A stretch of 64,000 nt of DNA, taken from positions 64,604,001 through 64,668,000 of the forward strand of contig NC_091999.1 of the NCBI RefSeq assembly GCF_044704955.1, given 5' to 3'. Position 1 is the first letter of the stretch; each line of letters starts with the position of its first letter. The notes under the pieces are model-generated. The model searched no databases. It was not told the origin of the DNA and saw only the letters and a program-made list of their open reading frames with translations. A program made the translations under genes and the position numbers. The stretch is from Pristiophorus japonicus (Eukaryota). Shown here one piece after another: positions 63,796 to 64,000 of the stretch.

Positions 63796-64000
63796 CTTCA
63801 TATAAAAATCACTCTTATTTGAAAGAGTTTGGCGATATTTTCATTTTCAAAAATTACTTTCACTCGGCAATAAAATGGTGTCTTAGGAAGAGAATATTTA
63901 ATGAGACTGTGAGTTGTCTGAGTTTAATAAAATCAATCATAGCCACAAGTTTAAGCAGCAAACTCAGCTTCAATACAGAGCAACCAAGAATAGCAATTTC

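Overview
This is eukaryotic, repeat-rich DNA from a cartilaginous fish (shark-like), not a prokaryotic locus. Two host genes are recognisable, both on the minus strand. (1) Six consecutive UBR4/p600 exons lie at 4239-10049. They have canonical splice sites and matching phases, but one exon carries a 1-nt frameshift, several conserved residues are changed, and I could not find the next upstream exon, so this may be a 5'-truncated or decaying copy. (2) The last two constant exons and the secretory tailpiece of a shark immunoglobulin heavy chain lie at 59603-59923 and 54177-54559 (IgNAR C4/C5 or the homologous terminal IgW domains). Between and around these genes are a 6.6-kb 19-bp quasi-palindromic satellite with higher-order structure, a degenerate 49-bp tandem array with a solo LTR inside it, a full-length decayed Gypsy element, many CR1 LINEs (several nested), and L2, Tx1-like, Penelope, RTE-like and DeuSINE-like fragments. 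The most interesting signals are a candidate alternative phase-1 terminal exon with a poly(A) signal inside the Ig gene, loss of the cryptic G|GT donor at the Ig tailpiece junction with no transmembrane exon found downstream, a minisatellite built from a UBR4 splice donor, and the UBR4-fragment/CR1/satellite/Ig juxtaposition. Homology calls come from recalled family sequences, not from database searches.
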